A stretch of 63,807 bases of DNA, filler included, from Octopus bimaculoides (taxonomy: Eukaryota), in assembly GCF_001194135.2 (NCBI RefSeq). It is 6 parts of 6 records of this genome, joined end to end, with 100 filler letters (N's around TTAATTAATTAA, not from the genome) between each part and the next. Parts side by side here need not be neighbours in the genome. Positions count along the whole stretch, not along the records: positions 28,089 to 37,937 come from NC_068988.1; positions 38,038 to 58,858 come from NC_069004.1; 4 more parts are not named here. The stretch is one strand, 5' to 3'. Positions 37,866 through 49,254 of this stretch are shown here, piece by piece. Every line of letters begins with the position of its first letter. Position 1 is the stretch's first letter. Made by a program: the position numbers and the translations under genes. The notes beneath the pieces are model-generated. The model saw only the letters and a list, made by a program, of their open reading frames with translations. It was not told where the DNA came from and searched no databases.

Positions 37866-38250
37866 CACATAAAAGGTGTGTGCGTGCGTGTGTGTCTGAG
37901 TGTATGGACGTCTCTCTCTCTCTCTCTCTCTCTTTACNNNNNNNNNNNNNNNNNNNNNNNNNNNNNNNNNNNNNNNNNNNNTTAATTAATTAANNNNNNN
38001 NNNNNNNNNNNNNNNNNNNNNNNNNNNNNNNNNNNNNTCTCTATATGTATATGTGTGTGTCTCGATGCTTGTGAATATATGTATGCCTGTATGTATATAT
38101 GTATATATGAGTTTGTGTGTGTATGTATATGTGTGTACATGTATCTCTATGTATATGTGTATGTGTGTGTATATGTGTGTCTAATGTATATGTATATACA
38201 TATGTTTGTATATGTATAGGCATGTGTGTATGATGAAAATATTTGTGTAT

Positions 38251-38289
<39 letters not shown>

Positions 38290-38471
38290 CTAAAAATAAA
38301 GTGGCTAGTGTTTAGTGTTTGTATTGATTAAATATATTAGAGTGGTAGTAACAACAGCAATAATAATATTAATGGTAGTAGTAGTAGCAGCAGCAGCAGC
38401 AGAATTAGTGATATTAGTAAGGGGGGGGTAGTGGTGATGGTTAGTAGCTGTGTCAGCAATATTTAAATTAA

Positions 38472-38515
<44 letters not shown>

Positions 38516-38667
38516 ATGGTGGTAGTAATAGTGGTGGTGGTGGTGGTGGTGAGTGTGGTAACTATATTACAGCAAGGCATTGTGTTGTGGTCCTTTAGCA
38601 ATTCATTTAATCCATCACCATGGTTACGATGGTTTTGGTTCCGAGTTCAAATCCTGCCATCTTTATC

Positions 38668-39218
38668 TTTTACTCTTTTACTTGTTTCAGTCATTTGACT
38701 GTGGCCATGCTGGAGCACCGCCTTTAGTTGAGCAAATCGACCCCAGGACTTATTCTTTGGAAGCCTAGTACTTATTCTATCGGTCTCTTTTTGCTAAACC
38801 GTTAAGTTACGGGGACGTAAACACACCAGCATCGGTTGTCAAGCGATGTTGGTGGGGACAAACACAGACACAAACATATACACACACACACACANNNNNN
38901 NNNNNNNNNNNNNNNNNNNNNNNNNNNNNNNNNNNNNNNNNNNNNNNNNNNNNNNNNNNNNNNNNNNNNNNNNNNNNNNNNNNNNNNNNNNNNNNNNNNN
39001 NNNNNNNNNNNNNNNNNNNNNNNNNNNNNNNNNNNNATATATATATATATATATACATATATACGACAGGCTTCTTTCAGTTTCCATCTACCAAATCCAC
39101 TCACAAGGCTTTGGTCGGCCCGAGGCTATAGTAGAAGACACTTGCCCAAGGTGCCACGCAGTGGGACTGAACGCGGAACCATGTGGTTGGTAAGCAAGCT
39201 ACTTACCACACAGCCACT
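38668..39218 (-). mobile_element. SINE family B, near full length (gap in the internal microsatellite)
   Basis: Both halves present and CpGs retained. Confidence 0.9.
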
Positions 39219-39467
39219 TTTTTTTTTGTTCTTTTTCAGCCTCTCGAGGTTTGATGGAATAAAGCACCAGTCATCTATTGGGGGCCCAGTATGATCAAAT
39301 AGGTCTTCCCATGCCTTGCCACACATACACAAATTGAGACATTGCTTATAACCAGTTTGTGTTTAACACTAGGCTACTTTGATCTGGCAGATGTCATGAA
39401 CGACATTCCAGTTGTGACAATCCTGTGTGTGTGTGTGTGTTTTCTTTGAAGGGTGTCTTTGACTACA

Positions 39468-39765
39468 GTGGAGACGCAATGGCCCAGTGGTTAGGGCAGC
39501 GGACTCGCGGTCATAGGGTCGCGGTTTCAATTCCCAGACTGGGCGTTGTGAGTGTTTATTGAGCGAAAACACCTGTTGTGCCTGTAATTCAAAGGACCAG
39601 CCTTGTCACACTGTGTCACGCTGAATATCCCCGAGAACTACATTAAGGGTACACGTGTCTGTGGAGTGCTCAGCCACTTGCGCGTTAATTTCACGAGTAG
39701 GCTGTTCTGTTGATCGGATCAACTGGAACCCTCGTCGTCGTAACCGACGGAGTACCAACAACAAA
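39468..39765 (+). mobile_element. tRNA-derived SINE (distinct subfamily)
   Basis: A-box-like tggcccagtggttagg, B-box-like ggtttcaattccc, and caacaacaa tail. Confidence 0.75.
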
Positions 39766-40354
39766 TCCAGACTACATTATCTAATGTGTACTGTGCTTCT
39801 GTTTTTTTTTTTTTGTTTTTTAAGTGTAGATTGTAGTTTGCAATCAGAGGGAGATTTGGCTGCTATTTCTAGTAACTAGTACTCTGCATATAGAGATTTC
39901 CTTGTTCACTCGCAACAGTTATATTTTTTTTTTTATCATCAGTCATCAGGGGAGCAAACACACACAGAAAGATACACACACATACATGCACACACGACGG
40001 GGTTCTTTCAGTTTCCGTCTACCAGATCTCCCAGAAATTTTGTGGCAGTGGGGCCAGTCGTTTACACCGACCCTGTTGTTCAACTGCTACTTATTCTATT
40101 GACCCCAAATGGATCAAAATCAAAGTCGACCTCGATGGAACTGGAACCCAGAAAATAAAAACACCCCAAGACAATTAATTAATTTGTCTTCTGTCATTAA
40201 TAATAAAATATTCAATACATTTTGCTTCATTGGTCTCTGATAATAATAATTAATTATAATAATAATTAATTATTAAATATATTTCAGATTTCATGAAATT
40301 CTTTAAGAAATTATTTAAAAATTCATCTTTTATTGATTTGTTTTTTTTTTTCTT

Positions 40355-40800
40355 GTGTTGTCTCTGATTCTCTTTCTTTCTTTCTCAATGTCTCTCTCTC
40401 TCTTTTTTACGGTATTATTGTCTCACCCTCTCCCTCATCTCTCTCTCTATATATATGTCTTTAATAAATTGATTGTTTTTCTCTATGTATGTTCTTCCTT
40501 TCTCTCTCATTGTTTCTCTCTCTGTCTCTCTCTGTCTCTCTTTCTCATGTTTATATGTTTGTATATATCATCCTCACTCTGTCTTATTTCATGTAAATTG
40601 TTTTTTGTTCATATGTTCTCTCTTCATCTCTTTCTGTTTCCATCCATCCATCTCTCTATCCTTCTACCCATCCATCCATCCATCCATCTGTCCGTCCATC
40701 TGTCTACTTCTCTCTCTCTTTCCCTCTTTATCCATCTATCTCTATCTCCCTCCTCCCTCCACCCCCCCTCTCTCTCTCTTTCTTATTTCATAAACATTCT
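40355..40800. repeat. CT-rich tract with (CCAT)n
   Basis: About 450 nt almost free of G, directly upstream of the candidate recursive site. Confidence 0.85.
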
Positions 40801-40810
40801 CCTCTAACAG

Positions 40811-40839
40811 TATTCCTCTTTTTCTTTTCACAGGTAAGT
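40811..40839 (+). other. Candidate recursive splice site (zero-length exon) at 40833/40834
   Basis: ctctaacag tattcctctttttcttttcaCAG|GTAAGT: a branch-like CTAAC and pure polypyrimidine tract, with the acceptor directly abutting a consensus donor. Confidence 0.55.
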
Positions 40840-40896
40840 CAATTCAGGTGGTTTCTCCTTTTACCTTTATACCTTTAAATCCCTCAGTAAAAACTG
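40834..40896 (+). other. Candidate RS-exon (63 nt, contains in-frame stop codons)
   Basis: Runs from the CAG at 40833 to a second strong donor TG|GTAAGT at 40897. In phase 0 it reads VSQFRWFLLLPLYL*. Confidence 0.4.
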
Positions 40897-41656
40897 GTAA
40901 GTTATGTTTCAACTTAACCTTAAATTCTAAACAGCTTGGTTTCATGCATGGGCCCTGATCAACCGTTGCTCAGTGCCACACATGAAACCCCATAATATCT
41001 ACACCTGTGTCTGTAGAGGAACCTATATAATTACCTACCCAGATATCTAACACACACCTGTATAGATTTACCTGTTACAAAAAAAAAATACTCTATGATG
41101 GAGTTGAGTTTTGGTGCGTTTTCCAGAAAGTTTGTGTTGGATTTGTATCATTATCTGCTGACCTCATGCTGGCCTAACGAGGGTCCCCTACTTACCTGAT
41201 CTCTTGATAGCAATGTTCCACCTACATACATATCTGTCTCATATGTTTCAGCTAATGAGGCTCACCTACATATTTACCTCACTTTCCTGTCTACCTTACC
41301 TATCTATTTACCTATTACTTACATACTCCAGCTAATGACCTAACGAAGTTCTCCTCTGGACCATCTACCTTAACATTTCTGTTTAGCTAACAAGACATCT
41401 GATTACTCTGGGTATCTGTTCGTGATTGGTTGATTGAGGATTGTCTGGATATTTGATGGTGATTGGTTGGTTCTTTGATGTTAGTTGTTTAATGGTGATT
41501 GCTTGATTGTTTGGTGATTATTCGGACATTTGATAGTGATTGTTTGGTCAACAGAATCTAATTGATAGATCATCCATGTTAGTGTTTCTCAACCATTTTT
41601 TTACCTATTGGCTCTCTTTGATTCCTATTTTGCAAGAATGGAAATGTGGGCCTTAA

Positions 41657-41872
41657 CCCTTTCGTTAACAACCCGGCTGAATCCAGTTCTGGCTCTGAGT
41701 ACAAATATCTTGTTTTCAAAAGATCTGAATTATAATCTTCCACCAAACCTTAGTCACAATTTATGTTCCTAACACTAGCTTTAATGATAACCAAGTTATT
41801 TTTACTAAATTCTTATATTTAAAATAATTGAAAGAAACTCAGCATCTCAAAATAAATACGGTAACGAAAGGG
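41657..41872. mobile_element. piggyBac-type MITE, 216 bp
   Basis: TTAA TSDs at 41653-41656 and 41873-41876; perfect 11-bp TIR ccctttcgtta / taacgaaaggg. Confidence 0.9.
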
Positions 41873-42304
41873 TTAAGCAGCAGTTACATAAATATCTAAA
41901 TATATATCTTAACCACATAATCAACTTATTGAGCATTTCACCCCTTATCCTGCTGGTAGCTTGCTTGTTTCCTTTTATCAAAGCTATCCACAACTACATT
42001 AATTTTAAATACGCACAAAGGCCTTATTTTGAATCTTAATTAGATTTTATACGAGACCCAAGGCTAATTTTCATTGGTGAAGAGGATGTAGAGTTTATTT
42101 AATGTAACATCACTATTTTATTGGTCTTTATTTTATCGAGAAGGATCAAAAGCTTATTTGAATATCCAGTGAGATTTTTTTTTTTAATTAAGCGTTCAAA
42201 ATAAGGAAAATAATTGCATTTTAACTCTTAATGAGTGTATTACCATTTCTCCCATCCGACTAATTTCTTTCTGAGCGTAATAACGAATTAATTAATGATA
42301 TATC

Positions 42305-42480
42305 ATCATCGTCATCATTATCATCATCATTTAATGTCCATCTTGCATGCAGGCATGGGTTGGACAATTTGACAGGGAATGGTAAGGCTGGAGAGCTGCA
42401 CGAGGCTTTGATGGTCTGCTTTGGCAAGGTTTCTATAGCTGGATGCCCTTTCTAACAGCAACCACTTTACAGAATGTGGT
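42305..42480 (-). mobile_element. SINE family C (truncated)
   Basis: (CAT)n tttaatgtcc...gcatgggttggac...ggatgccctttct. Confidence 0.75.
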
Positions 42481-42516
42481 TTTATATATTTGTGTGTGTG
42501 TATCTCTCTCTCTCTC

Positions 42517-42597
<81 letters not shown>

Positions 42598-42608
42598 CTA
42601 TACACACA

Positions 42609-42851
42609 CAGGGTTGGCCAAAAGTCACCTGACAGTAAATAAAAAAAAAACATTTAATTCTAAGATTAAAACAAAAAATTATTTTATAAAGAACTTGTCA
42701 AATAAATAGCTAAATGTTGGAGAAAAAATGGTGATTTTAACTCACTGCATTCAATCGTTAAACATTCATAATTGGAATGAATAAATAAAATTGAATATTA
42801 AGTATTTATGGAATTTTTGATTTTCTGTCGAGTGACTTTTGGCCAACCCTG
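42609..42851. mobile_element. Tc1/mariner-type MITE, 243 bp
   Basis: Perfect 20-bp TIR cagggttggccaaaagtcac; TA on the right flank. Confidence 0.88.
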
Positions 42852-42863
42852 TATGTATATATA

Positions 42864-43060
42864 TTCTTTTATTTGTTTCAGTCATTTGACTGTGGCCATG
42901 CTGGAGCACCGCCTTTAGTCGAGCAAATCGACCCCAGAACTTATTCTTTGTAAGCCTAGTACTTATTCTATCGGTGTCGTTAACTGCTAAGTTATGGGGG
43001 CATAAACACACCAGCATCGGTTGTCAAGCAATGTTGGGGTGACAAACACACACACACACA

Positions 43061-43091
<31 letters not shown>

Positions 43092-43254
43092 GACGCGCTT
43101 CTTTCAGTTTCTGTCTACCAAATCCACTTACAAGGCTTTGGACAACCCAAGGCTATAGTAGAAGATACTTGCCCAAGGTGCCACACAGTGGGACAGAATC
43201 CAGAACCATGTGGTTGGTAAGCAAGCTACTTACCTCACAGCCACTCCTGCGCCT
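42864..43254 (-). mobile_element. SINE family B, full length
   Basis: Complete head (aggcgcaggagtggctgtg) through to the 3' end. Confidence 0.9.
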
Positions 43255-43720
43255 ATAATTATCCACTATAATTAATTTAGTTTAATTACCCCTGCTAATA
43301 ATGTAGGCCAAAAAAGACCTCTGATAGATTCCTAAATACTTTGTAGCTTCAATGCCTTTGGCACCCATTTATTGTTCCAAATTCATTGGCAACTCACAGA
43401 AATGCTGCCAAGAGCAGAGAACACATATATATATTCACTTAGACATCATCTGGGACTTGTTTTTGCAGATATTCTCTTTGAGGGTTACAAAGTTCAGGAT
43501 TATTTTAGTGCAAGTTGAATCATACTCAGGGTGTGGCAGGAATTCTTCAGATTCACTGGCGTTGCTAACAATTTCAATGTCAAATGAATAGTGTGTTGAA
43601 TGCAAACCGTGATGGTTACCCAAAAGTGTGGAAAATGGTAAAATCGTAAAACATTAGCTACAGGTGCAGGCGTAAGTTCAATTCACACCAAAATCACCTG
43701 TGACTTGCATCAGTCGTGGG

Positions 43721-44105
43721 CAGGGCTGTTGCAGTTGAAACAAAATACTCTGACTCCTCTAATATTGGTACCACCGACTCTGATCTCCTCTTTATGTAAT
43801 TAAATGATTGTGGTCTACACATCTCATAAAACATATGAATACACTTGTACTTTGAGTTGGCCTACATGTCATAAATCATCATCATCGTTTAACGTCCGCT
43901 TTCCATGCTAGCATGGGTTGGACGATTTGACTGAGGACTGGTGAAACCGGATGGCAACACCAGGCTCCAACCTAATTTGGCAGAGTTTCTACAGCTGGAT
44001 GCCAAGAATAAAGATATTGTGAGTCAGTCAGAGTCGATATAGTTTTACCGACTCTGACTCCCCCTTAAAAGTTTCCAATTCCAACTCCATGACTCCACAG
44101 CTCTG
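43721..44105. mobile_element. hAT-like element interrupted by a family C SINE (43877-44005)
   Basis: 8-bp TSD gtcgtggg / gtggtggg; TIRs cagggctgttgcagt vs cagagctgtggagt; internal gactcc/gactct repeats. Confidence 0.7.
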
Positions 44106-44260
44106 GTGGTGGGGGTTGATAAAATTTGCAGAGGTCAATAATATTCGGAGGGTTTAGGTGGCGAGTTGGCAGGACCCTGAAGAAGCTGAGCAAAATTTTT
44201 GCTTTTTTATTCTTTTACTTGTTCCAGTCATTTGACTGCGGCCATGCTGGAGCACCGCTT

Positions 44261-44294
<34 letters not shown>

Positions 44295-45314
44295 NNNNNN
44301 NNNNNNNNNNNNNNNNNNNNNNNNNNNNNNNNNNNNNNNNNNNNNNNNNNNNNNNNNNNNNNNNNNNNNNNNNNNNNNNNNNNNNNNNNNNNNNNNNNNN
44401 NNNNNNNNNNNNNNNNNNNNNNNNNNNNNNNNNNNNNNNNNNNNNNNNNNNNNNNNNNNNNNNNNNNNNNNNNNNNNNNNNNNNNNNNNNNNNNNNNNNN
44501 NNNNNNNNNNNNNNNNNNNNNNNNNNNNNNNNNNNNNNNNNNNNNNNNNNNNNNNNNNNNNNNNNNNNNNNNNNNNNNNNNNNNNNNNNNNNNNNNNNNN
44601 NNNNNNNNTTTTCAAGGGAGGCAACTATGGGAGACCTTCTATTCTGGTTTGCCTCCCTTAGTTTCCCCGCCTATTTTCGTTAATTTAACAAAGAAAAGAT
44701 CCATTTCTCTTAGAATATCTTTAAGAAAATCGAAATAGCGTCACGTTAAAATAAAATAATGGTATTTTCCAAGACGGGAATTCAACTAGGTTATATAACG
44801 CTATTTCGAGTGTATTCCACACCCATTGCATTTAATATTATTGTGGAAAATCTGTTGACTGTTAAGGATTTTTTCCCGCCAATTTACTAAAAATAACCGA
44901 AATTTAAAAAAAAAACTTTGACGTAACGTATTTTTTTAAGTGATTCTGCAGACTTATCAATAAAGGTTTCGCACTTAGGATCATCCTGCTTTTTTTTAGA
45001 AATATTTATTTCAGTTATATAATATATTCTATAGAGGGAGGAATTATTTATCGTGTTCAACTGGTTTTTTGTTGTTGTTGTTGATGTTGTGAAGATAGTA
45101 GGGTAGGGTTTGACGAAAAAATTGGCTGCTATTTCTAGCAGAGCGACTTCACGCGAAATCATGTGAAGGGTTACATAGAAAGGGTCGTCTGTGTGTCTAT
45201 CTTAGATAGCACATGTATGTGTGTGTATTTGCATATGTGTGTACATACATATACACACATGCATCAGTCGTCTGAGAGATAATAGCAGTTATAATATTAG
45301 AATTATATATATAT

Positions 45315-45520
45315 ATATCTGACTCCCACCCCACATCGCTTGACAACCGATGCTGGTGTGTTTACGTCCCCGTAACTTAGCAGTTCGGCAAAAGAGACCG
45401 ATAGAATAAGTTACTAGGCTCACAAAGAATAAGTCCTGGGGTCGATTAGCTGGACTAAAAAAAGGCGGTGCTCCAGCATGGCCGCAGTCAAAATGACTGA
45501 AACAAGTAAAAGAGTAAAGA
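45315..45520 (+). mobile_element. SINE family B, 3' half
   Basis: gcttgacaaccgatgctggtgtg...gactgaaacaagtaaaagagtaaagagt. Confidence 0.88.
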
Positions 45521-46009
45521 GTAACACAGACAAATGTTTTCTTTTCCCACTACCTCTAAGTTTCCCTCCTGCATCCCTTTCTTCTCACTGTCGCCATCCT
45601 CTCTGCCCCCTTATTTACTGTCACTTTTCTCACCACCCCTTCCTTTCCCATCTTTCCCCCCTTCGGCCTCTCCCCTCACACATTCTACCCTTCACTCCAC
45701 CATATTGCTCCCTTCCTTCCCTCTTTTCCCCTCACACCTGTCTATACTCATCCTTGATCTATCCACTTAATATCCCACAAGCCCTTCTCTTTCCCCCTGA
45801 TCCCTCCATACACATATACCCCTCCCCCCATCCGTCCCCAGTTAGGGACCACTCTTGTAATAAGCTACTGTATTACTCCCTACACCACTATCATCCTTTG
45901 CCCCTATAAATTGGTTCTTAACCATTTCTTATCTATGGACCCCTTTAAATCCCCATTTTAGCTGTGTGGACCCTTGAAAAAATGTATATATTTTTTTACA
46001 TTTATTCTA

Positions 46010-46559
46010 CAGTGTGTTCAAAAAATCTCTCGGCAGTAAGCATTTTATTGCAAAATATTTATAAATAAGATGACATAAGACTACAAAAGAATATATTAGA
46101 CTTTACAAGACTTTAAAAAACTATATAAGGGGTTTTGAAAGTGTTGTCCTTCATTTTCAATACAGAAGTTGACTCTTCTACACGTATTGAAATACATCTT
46201 GGAGAATCTGACACGGTATGGACCGTGTGAAGGTTGTGATTGTGTCTTTTTGCTCATTAATGGTAGTCGGGCGATTCTTGTACACTGTTCCTTTACTTGC
46301 TCCCCAGAAAAGAAAAGTCTGGTGGTGTTAAATCAGGTGATCCCTTTGAAATAATCCATTCACCGAAAAATTCTTGGAGTAGCGCCATGGTGATGTGCAA
46401 AGTATGTGCTGAAAGGATGCATTTATTAATTTCACTTTCAGTGAGTTTGCCTTACAAATGGAGAGACAATATTTGAGCAATATCTCTTGGTATTAATGGT
46501 GTCTTCAAAAAATATGCGCACGATGAAACAAATTCACTGCGGAGAGACTTTTTGAACAT

Positions 46560-46563
<4 letters not shown>
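46010..46563 (-). mobile_element. Internally deleted Tc1/mariner element
   Basis: TIRs cagtgtgttcaaaaaatctctc / caggatgttcaaaaagtctctc (19/22), TA on the left, and a minus-strand remnant SPDLTPPDF. Confidence 0.8.
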
Positions 46564-46605
<42 letters not shown>

Positions 46606-46930
46606 TGTAGCTTAATAGATTGGCCATGTCAAATACTGTAACACCCACATCCTCTCTTATTTCCTGCTCTGTTTCTTCACTGAATTTCTGATGCCCCATG
46701 GGAAAATTCAGGATAAGAATAATTATAAGCTACTTATATATATGTGTGTGTGTGTGTGTGTATATATGCGTACAATCACACACATACACACACACAGTTT
46801 TGAATTTGGTGACGAGGAAAGAGTGCTTAAAATCGAAATGGAAACTATTTATTTATTTACTGGTGCTACAGTTATTTGCTGACATTCTTCCAACTTCCAT
46901 GATATCTTGCTGATCATGCATATATATGTA

Positions 46931-47340
46931 TCATCATCATCATCATCATCATCGTTTAACGTCTGCTTTCCATGCTAGCATGGGTTGGACGATTTGACTG
47001 AGGACTGGTGAAACCAGATGGCTACACAAGGCTCCAATCTGATCAGGCAGAGATTCTACAGCTGGATGCCCTTCCTAACGCCAACCACTCCGAGAGTGTA
47101 GTGGGTGCTTTTACATGCCACCGGCACGAAGNNNNNNNNNNGGTGTATTTTACGTGCCACCCGCACAAGAGCCAGTCCAGGGGCACTGGCAATGATCTCG
47201 CTCGAAAGTCCTTACACATGCCGCGGGCACAAGTGCCAGAAAGGCGATGCTGGGCACAGGTGCCATCACGATTTCACTTTCATTTGCCCCAATAAGTCTT
47301 CGCAAGCTGAGTTACGTGACGATGTTAGCATGGGTGCCAG
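46931..47340 (-). mobile_element. SINE family C, long copy
   Basis: Near-identical to 1133-1312 and extends further 5'. Confidence 0.88.
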
Positions 47341-48495
47341 TCGTCGAATTTAGTTCGATATATCCTTAATCTCGATTGGCCATGCTTGGGAATCCAGTCA
47401 GAAAATGTTATGATGGTTGCATGTGATAGGACCTAATGAAGGAGGTGTCTGAAAACTCTATGATAACAAGTTCCCAAGAATAGTAGGTGGAGAAGATGTG
47501 AAGGTTCGAAAAAATGTAAATGTTTAATTTGTAAAAGATGGGGTTTGTAATTCAAAAATTTTCTTCCTTCCTTTTTGACAAAAAACTTCCAAAACTTTCA
47601 ATTAATTTGAAAAATTTGATTCCAGAAGATTCCGATGTTTGATTAAGAAAGGAAATATTACATCCACAGGAGATGAGTTTAGGAAATAATTCTTTAAGTG
47701 GGTGTTTAGAACTACGTGGTGAAGGACATATTAAAAAAAAATTTTTTTTTGCTGGAATCTTGAAGGATATATCACATGAGATAGGGTCTGGCTGTATTAC
47801 TGAATACTGTGTTTTTGGAACCAATAAAGGAGTCACTCTGTGGTTGCTTGATCTGCTATAAATAACAGCCACATGACCATCAAGTCATAATCTGTTTTAG
47901 AACTGAAAAGAAAAACAAATGGCTACATTTAATAATGTAATCTTAGATAAACCTTGGCAGCCAATTAGCAGCATCATTAGAGCATTAGATAAGACATCTT
48001 ACAGTATTTGGTGTATACCCCTGTGTGCTAGGTTCAAATCTTACAGTAGTCAAGGTTGTCATTCATTGTTTTGGCTTCAGCAAATAAAGCAAGAACGCAA
48101 GATTGGTGTGAGGGTGAGGGTGAGGGTGAGGGTGCCAGCTGTGATGTCATTATAGTATCGAGGTCTTTGTATTCTGAGTTTAAATTCTATCAAGGGACCA
48201 AAGGATGTTACGGACTCACGTTGCCATCACAACTATTCACCCTGAAAATATTTATGTTAATCATATCCAATCAACATTGCATTTTCTGAATCTCAACTCT
48301 TTGAGAAAAAAAAAAAAATCATCTGTCCAAATATTATAAGTGTATCAAGGAATTTCCAAAACACACACACACACTCTCTCTCTCTCAATATATATATATA
48401 TATATGGGAGAATATACAAAAAATAACAACAGACGAGGACAGGTGGTGTAAATAACAAAAGTATATATTAGTATGACGCTCGGGAATACGGAAAG

Positions 48496-48532
48496 TCTTT
48501 GACGTTTCGAGCTACGCTCTTCAACAGAAAGA
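48496..48532 (-). ncRNA. Minimal type I hammerhead-ribozyme-like motif (Penelope-associated type) with one core deviation
   Basis: Minus strand UCUUU CUGUUGA A GAGC-GUA-GCUC GAAA CG UC AAAGA gives stem I 5 bp, stem II 4 bp and a palindromic ACGU stem III. The core has U instead of the conserved A6. Confidence 0.45.
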
Positions 48533-48924
48533 ATACGGAGACAAGGAGAAAAACACGGAGAAAAAAAATTGAATAGTGTTCAGTNNNNNNNNNNNNNNNN
48601 NNNNNNNNNNNNNNNNNNNNNNNNNNNNNNNNNNNNNNNNNNNNNNNNNNNNNNNNNNNNNNNNNNNNNNNNNNNNNNNNNNNNNNNNNNNNNNNNNNNN
48701 NNNNNNTATATATAATACAAATAATATGTGAGTGTATGCATATATATGTACATGTATGTATATACCTTCATCTACATGTATATATAGATGCATATCTGGG
48801 TACAGGACATTGCAAAAAAAAAACATGAACAAAATGATAAACAAGGTACAGAAAACACAGAGGCCACATAGAGAACATATCCTTCATCAGCTGCCACCAT
48901 TATAACACTGGCGTTTCGAAGAGT

Positions 48925-48960
<36 letters not shown>

Positions 48961-49220
48961 AATATACATTACAACATACTGTAAATAATGCTTAAGTAAT
49001 TTTTGCCAGTATTTCAGTGTTTAAAGAATTTAACCAAAAGCTCTGTGAAAATTGGAAAAAAAATAAAAAATAAGTAAGAAAACAAATGTAAATCATTTTT
49101 CAAACTCAGGATTATGGTTATTTTAAAATGTCTCCTGAAATTTAAGTAGCCCACTAAAATAGGAGCTCAACCTTACATGTTAATATATTAGTCTGTGTGT
49201 GTGTGTGTGTATATATATTT

Positions 49221-49254
<34 letters not shown>

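Noticed and set aside
40811-40833. 23-nt coding exon between the AG at 40810 and the donor at 40834
   Set aside because: It would shift the frame and is itself a polypyrimidine tract; a zero-length recursive site explains it better.
43340-43620. Possible hAT transposase remnant (VSNASE...)
   Set aside because: The similarity is too short to support without a search.
47552-47872. 106-aa minus-strand ORF
   Set aside because: No recognisable domain or splice context.
48870-48925. Second hammerhead (CTGATGA and GAAAC on the minus strand)
   Set aside because: Motif order and spacing leave no stem I and no valid NUH; at most a rearranged remnant.
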